A stretch of DNA of 64,000 bases from Promethearchaeia archaeon (lineage in GTDB: Archaea > Asgardarchaeota > Lokiarchaeia > Sigyniarchaeales > SOKP01): contig JAHQWK010000024.1 in NCBI GenBank assembly GCA_029856145.1, positions 32,001 to 96,000 of the forward strand, given 5' to 3'. The position numbers were made by a program, and so were the translations under genes. The notes below the pieces were generated by a model. It was given only the letters and a program-made list of their open reading frames with translations, made no database searches and was not told where the DNA came from. Positions within the stretch are counted from its first letter, which is position 1. Each line of letters opens with the position of its first letter. Positions 59,127 through 64,000 of the stretch are shown piece by piece.

Positions 59127-61016
59127 TTGACTGAAAAAGATCAAGAAGAAATTCTTCCAACTCGACACGTAGGATTGTTGGCGGGAATTTTATACGGAAT
59201 TGGGTGTGGCATTGGCGGTTCAATTTTTATTCTATTAGGATCAGCTATTTACGGAGCTCAATCTGGTGTTCTGATTAGTCTAATTTTAGGAGGTATATTA
59301 ATATTTATTACAGCTCTAAATTATAGTGAATTATCTACTAGCTTACCTGTGTCGGGGGGAGCTTATAACTTCAGTAAGGAAGCATTAGGAGGATTTTTAG
59401 CTTTTATAATTGGCTTCTTTTTATGGATCGCAAGTATCCTAACATTCTCATTTTCTGCTCAAGCTTTTACTGTTGTAATAGAAGCTTTTTTTCCTGGAAC
59501 ATTTATTCAAAACTTATTTATACCAATAGCAATTTTATCAATTCTTTTTACTGCTGTAGTCATGTTTCGAACTCAGAAAGTAGCTTTAAGAACTCTGGTA
59601 TCTTTAACAATAGTTTTATTAATTATTTTTGGAATTTTTATTTTTGCGGGTATTTTTATTGCTCCTACTACTAATTTATCAAATTATGATCCAAGTTTTC
59701 TACTTTCTGAAACTAACTTCTTTGTTGTTGTTTTTTGGTTTTCATCCCTATTTATTTTTTTTACAAGTATTACCTCAAATTTAGCTTATATAAATGCGGA
59801 ATTGAAAACCCCATCAAAAAATATTCCTAAAACTAATATATTTGCAATTCTAATAACTCTACTTATTTACTTATCTATAACTATTGTTGTAATGATCAAT
59901 ATTGGTTCTGATACTTCAGGTTTAGAAAATTCTCCAATCTTATTATCATTAGTTTTGAATGATATTTTAGGTTTTCCTGGATATTTACTGATGGGCATCG
60001 CAGCAACAATTTCAACATTTATAGCAATGAATGCTGCTTTAGGTTCTGCCGTAGCTGTAATGTTCGCACTAGCAAGAGATAATTATATCTCAAAAAAATT
60101 TTTAAAAGTAAGTAAAAAAACCAAAGTACCTACCTTAGTAATAATAGTAACAACTACTATAGCGGTATTTTTTACAATTATAGCAATTATTTTTGCAGAC
60201 ATTGGATTTATAGCGAATATCACAACTTTTATTTATTTCTTTGGATTAGCGTTTGTAAATTTTGCAGCTGTTATCCTAAGATATAAAAGAAAAGAATTAG
60301 ATCGTCCTTTTAAAGCACCCTTCTTTCCCTACTTACCTGTGATTATTGGCTCTACTTGTTTAATATTAAGTTTTGTATTAAACCCTAATGCTATACTTCT
60401 TGGTTTACTTATTTTATTTATTGGAATAACGTATTATTTATTGACATTAGCAGATCGTCATTCAGTTATTTTAACCTTAGCAGGATTGAAATTTTTTGCA
60501 CTTGTCCTGGTTGGAATTTTCATTTGGGTTTTAAACAATTTCAGTGTTTTATCCTCTCCAATAAGTGGTTTTTCTTCAATTTTTTCTTATATATTATTAC
60601 GAATACTAATTTCTTTAGGTATATTTGCTGCTGCTACTATTTTTTTTGACATTTTCCCTCTCAAAGAACTGGTTTATTTCTTTATAAAAAGAGTTAATAA
60701 AAAAGAAGTGGCTATTGATATTGGAATTGGCCAAATAATTGAGTTAAAAAAAAGTAAAGCAAAATTAATTTATAATATTAACATCATCATTAGTATAATT
60801 CAAATTCTCTCTTCTATATTTATCTTCATTTTAGTCTCCTTATTTGCAATGGATATAATTTCAATAGATTCAATTACTTTTGGAGCTATTTTTATGCCTC
60901 AAGCAACGGCAGAATACTTATTTAATGCAGTTTTAATTTTTCTTGGCACAACATTATTATTTGGTGGGCTATTTAGTCTTTATTTAAACAAAGAACATAG
61001 AACACTAGGAATTTAA
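59127..61016 (+). CDS. APC-family amino acid permease with extra C-terminal TM helices
   Basis: GIGGSIF, YSELSTSLPVSGGAY, AELKTPSKNIP, RPFKAPFFP. Confidence 0.9.
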   Translation: MTEKDQEEILPTRHVGLLAGILYGIGCGIGGSIFILLGSAIYGAQSGVLISLILGGILIFITALNYSELSTSLPVSGGAYNFSKEALGGFLAFIIGFFLWIASILTFSFSAQAFTVVIEAFFPGTFIQNLFIPIAILSILFTAVVMFRTQKVALRTLVSLTIVLLIIFGIFIFAGIFIAPTTNLSNYDPSFLLSETNFFVVVFWFSSLFIFFTSITSNLAYINAELKTPSKNIPKTNIFAILITLLIYLSITIVVMINIGSDTSGLENSPILLSLVLNDILGFPGYLLMGIAATISTFIAMNAALGSAVAVMFALARDNYISKKFLKVSKKTKVPTLVIIVTTTIAVFFTIIAIIFADIGFIANITTFIYFFGLAFVNFAAVILRYKRKELDRPFKAPFFPYLPVIIGSTCLILSFVLNPNAILLGLLILFIGITYYLLTLADRHSVILTLAGLKFFALVLVGIFIWVLNNFSVLSSPISGFSSIFSYILLRILISLGIFAAATIFFDIFPLKELVYFFIKRVNKKEVAIDIGIGQIIELKKSKAKLIYNINIIISIIQILSSIFIFILVSLFAMDIISIDSITFGAIFMPQATAEYLFNAVLIFLGTTLLFGGLFSLYLNKEHRTLGI

Positions 61017-61070
61017 AAATATATCTCTTCTTTTTTATAATTAAGATTTTATTCAAGGTCTATTTTATTT

Positions 61071-61823
61071 ATGCAATTTCCGAAATTGAATCTACACATA
61101 CATTCAAACTATTCTGATGGAAAACAAACCATATGGCAAATTGTAGAAAAATCCATCAAACTAGAATTAAATTATATTGCAATAACTGATCATTTTACAA
61201 ATTCATGGAAAGCATGGGTTTCTACACTAAATAATAATGAAACTATTTCAGCCTATTTAGATGAAATTTCAAATTGTCAATTATATTTAGCAAATAATAA
61301 TATCAATTTAATGGTTTTAAAAGGAATTGAAGTAGATCTTGCGAGTTCAGAGCAATTTATTAAAAAAAGTGTACAAATCGATAAGTTTGATTTGATTTTA
61401 TTTGAGTATCTTCAAAGTTATGAATCTATTGCTTTTATTGAAAATATAATCTATTACTGGAAAAATCAAATGAACGATCCTATTAGATTTCCAGTTCTAG
61501 GATTAGCACACTTTGATCCTTCTTACTTTATAACCAGTGACCTTGACACTTTAATGAAATTTCTCAAAAAACATATCATCTATTTTGAGTTTAACCCTAG
61601 TTATCCATCATTTTATTCTCCTCGTTATGAAAGATTTTTTGAAAAATTAAGAGACTATCAAATTCCAGTTGCTATTGGATGTGATTCTCATAACCTGAGA
61701 ACTTTAGATAATTTCGAGGAACCTCTTGAAATGATTGAATATTATAACCTTGAGAGAAATTTTGAAATTCTTATAAACATTTTAGATCTTAAAAAAAAGG
61801 GTAAGCACAAATTGGCTATTTAA
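61071..61823 (+). CDS. PHP-domain phosphoesterase
   Basis: LHIHSNYSDG, AITDH, GIE, LAH, GCDSH. Confidence 0.9.
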   Translation: MQFPKLNLHIHSNYSDGKQTIWQIVEKSIKLELNYIAITDHFTNSWKAWVSTLNNNETISAYLDEISNCQLYLANNNINLMVLKGIEVDLASSEQFIKKSVQIDKFDLILFEYLQSYESIAFIENIIYYWKNQMNDPIRFPVLGLAHFDPSYFITSDLDTLMKFLKKHIIYFEFNPSYPSFYSPRYERFFEKLRDYQIPVAIGCDSHNLRTLDNFEEPLEMIEYYNLERNFEILINILDLKKKGKHKLAI

Positions 61824-61855
61824 GTTAATTTCTCCCTCTTTAGATAAAGATAGAG

Positions 61856-62260
61856 TTATTGACAACCTTTACTAATATAATTAAGGTAATATTTAAATGC
61901 TTTTTCAAATGCTATATCGAGGATAATTTCATTTTTAGATTCTGGTTGTTTCAACATACTTTTTAAGATTTTATTTCCAAGAAGAAAGATTTCTTTCACA
62001 GCATTTAGCCGTCTAGTTATAGGCAATTTAGCTATGTCTGCTATAGTTTTATTGTTTTTTACCTGCCATTCTCTTAGAGCATTCCAAACAATGCCTTTGA
62101 TTGCGGTCTCCGGAATTTGGATAATTATACTTAAAAAAGTAGATATTTCTTGAATTAGTTTGGATTGATCTGGAGTATATTTAACTTTTATATATTCTGC
62201 TTCTGTAGTTTTTAAAGCCTCCATATCGAAATTAATAGTATATGATAAAATAATCCTCAA
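61856..62260 (-). CDS. Hypothetical helical protein
   Basis: Fills the gap between convergent genes; no motif recognised. Confidence 0.6.
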   Translation of the reverse strand: MRIILSYTINFDMEALKTTEAEYIKVKYTPDQSKLIQEISTFLSIIIQIPETAIKGIVWNALREWQVKNNKTIADIAKLPITRRLNAVKEIFLLGNKILKSMLKQPESKNEIILDIAFEKAFKYYLNYISKGCQ

Positions 62261-62527
62261 CCTCTGTAATGCTAATTAAAAGATCAAATAATTTTTATTT
62301 AAACTTTGATTAAAGCAAAAGCTTATAAGGGTTTATATTGTCCCTTCTTTTTGCTGGCACATAATATCTAGCGATTTTGTATTTGACTATAAATATTTAA
62401 AATACTCCATTTTTTGAAAACAAAAAGAAGAAGATTTTAATTTATATAAGTGGAAGGAAACTAAAGGTGTGAATTTGAGTGATATTAAATAAGCATTACA
62501 AAAATCTTTTTAAATTCGATTATTTTT

Positions 62528-63295
62528 ATGTTTTGTATGGATTTTCAAGAAAAAATTGATCTAGCTGCTAAATGGATAGCTGAATCAGAACGATTAGTAA
62601 TCTTTACTGGTGCGGGGATTTCTACTGGTAGTGGATTACCTGACTATAGAGGCCCAGATGGCGTATGGACTCGACGTGATAAGGGTTTACCACCCCCTAA
62701 ACCAAAAATTGCATGGGATCAAGTAAAACCAAATCCAAGTCATTATGCAATTGTGGAGCTAATGGAAATGGGTAAGTTGAATTATCTCATTTCTCAAAAC
62801 GTTGATGGACTTCATGCTAAATCTGGAATCCCTTTTGAGATCTTAGCTGAACTTCATGGTAATCAATTTTTCATGAAATGTTTATCATGTAATAAAAAAA
62901 TGTTATTTGAAGAGGTTAATTGGAATAAAAGCATATGGGGTCCAGGATATAGAACACATCCTGTTCGAGAAGGTCAACCAACATGTCCTCATTGTGATGG
63001 GCGAATAATATCAAGTATTGTAAATTTTGGCGACCCACTTCCTTACGATGAGCTTCAAGAGTCAATAATACGTTCTGAAAGAGCTGATGTTTTTTTTGTA
63101 ATTGGTTCATCTTTAGTAGTGACACCTGCAGCAAATATGCCAGGGATCGCAAAGAAAAATGGTGCTAAATTAATACTTCTTAATAAAGGAGCTACACCAT
63201 ATGATGCCGTAGCAGATATAAGGTTTGATAATTTAATTGAAGAAGTTTTGCCCCTAATAATGGAATTAGTAAGAAAATTAATAGTCGATAGTTAG
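62528..63295 (+). CDS. Sir2-family NAD-dependent deacylase, class IV (SIRT6/7)-like
   Basis: [51 protein letters not shown]. Confidence 0.92.
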   Translation: [255 protein letters not shown]

Positions 63296-63507
63296 AATCC
63301 ATTCTTTTATTTTTTAATAAGTAATTTAAAAATTATTCGCAGTTGTTTATTTATGGGAATTTTAAGAATTATTATTAATAATTACTAATTTTAAATTCTT
63401 TAAAATTTCCGTTATACTACATAAAACTAACAATTAAAAGGATAACTTTAAATAAAAAATCTAGCATCATCAAACTAATTCCTAATCACTTAGTAAAATT
63501 TTAAATT

Positions 63508-64000
63508 TTGTTATATCAAGGAATCACTAAGGTAAATCCCTTATTTATTGTTGTTTTTATTGCTTTTATGTCAATTGCATATTGGTTAATATCGGGCCGA
63601 AAAATAAAATCTTTAGAATTTAGAGTGGTTATACTAGGGTTAGCTTCAACAACTTTCATGGTAATTATATCTCAGAATATTGATCCAAATAATCCATTGA
63701 TTTTTATCAGTATGATATTAATTGGGGTACCTTTTATGGTTTTTAGCGGTTGGTATAATATTCGGACTATTAAAAATAAAACTATGCAATTAAAGAATCT
63801 TGTTGATAATGTAATAAAGGCTAGCTCGGAAATGACTATAAACGTAGCAAATGTTGCTACGGAATTAGCAGCAAGCGCTAGTGAAGTAAATGCAACATCT
63901 GAAGAAATTTCTTTATCTGCCCAGAAAATCGCGTATGAGAGCCAAGATGTTATGGTTTCGACTGATGATATTCAAGAAATAATGCAAATTATTAGAGATG
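63508..64000 (+). CDS. Methyl-accepting chemotaxis-type transducer, N-terminal part (cut by the window edge)
   Basis: Hand translation from TTG 63508: about 3 TM helices, then NVANVATELAASASEVNATSEEIS, a methylation-helix pattern. Confidence 0.7.
   Translation, partial: MLYQGITKVNPLFIVVFIAFMSIAYWLISGRKIKSLEFRVVILGLASTTFMVIISQNIDPNNPLIFISMILIGVPFMVFSGWYNIRTIKNKTMQLKNLVDNVIKASSEMTINVANVATELAASASEVNATSEEISLSAQKIAYESQDVMVSTDDIQEIMQIIRD

Noticed and set aside
1-64000. Selenoprotein read-through/SECIS, tRNA or rRNA genes
   Set aside because: No TGA-interrupted redox gene or GC-rich structured RNA recognised by eye; tRNAscan-SE, Infernal and a SECIS search would be needed to exclude them.

Overview
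Very AT-rich, densely coding archaeal DNA. The gene content points to an Asgard archaeon, most likely Lokiarchaeia/Promethearchaeota; this is an inference from an actin homologue, two Rab-like small GTPases, three longin-like domains, an MPN+/JAMM protein, PCI-like winged-helix proteins and SDS22-type LRRs among archaeal housekeeping genes. About 55 CDSs are supported, including two cut by the window edges and absent from the ORF track: a >1500-aa surface protein at left and a methyl-accepting chemotaxis protein at right. No rRNA, tRNA, CRISPR array or transposase was recognised. Highlights: (1) an actin-related protein with a double-zinc-ribbon insertion and substituted catalytic residues; (2) a co-oriented cluster of a Rab-like GTPase with a helical tail, an 11-residue-repeat protein and a membrane-anchored long coiled coil, a candidate tethering/membrane-shaping module; (3) an MPN+ isopeptidase fused to SNAP-like TPRs, next to a C2HC zinc-finger protein and near a PCI-like protein; (4) a receptor-like surface protein with a cytoplasmic longin domain; (5) a GbsR/MarR regulator present both as a fused and as a split pair, with a repeated TTCA-N7-TGAA palindrome in nearby promoters; (6) SSUH2-like and SIRT6-like proteins. 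All family assignments come from reading motifs by eye; no searches were run.
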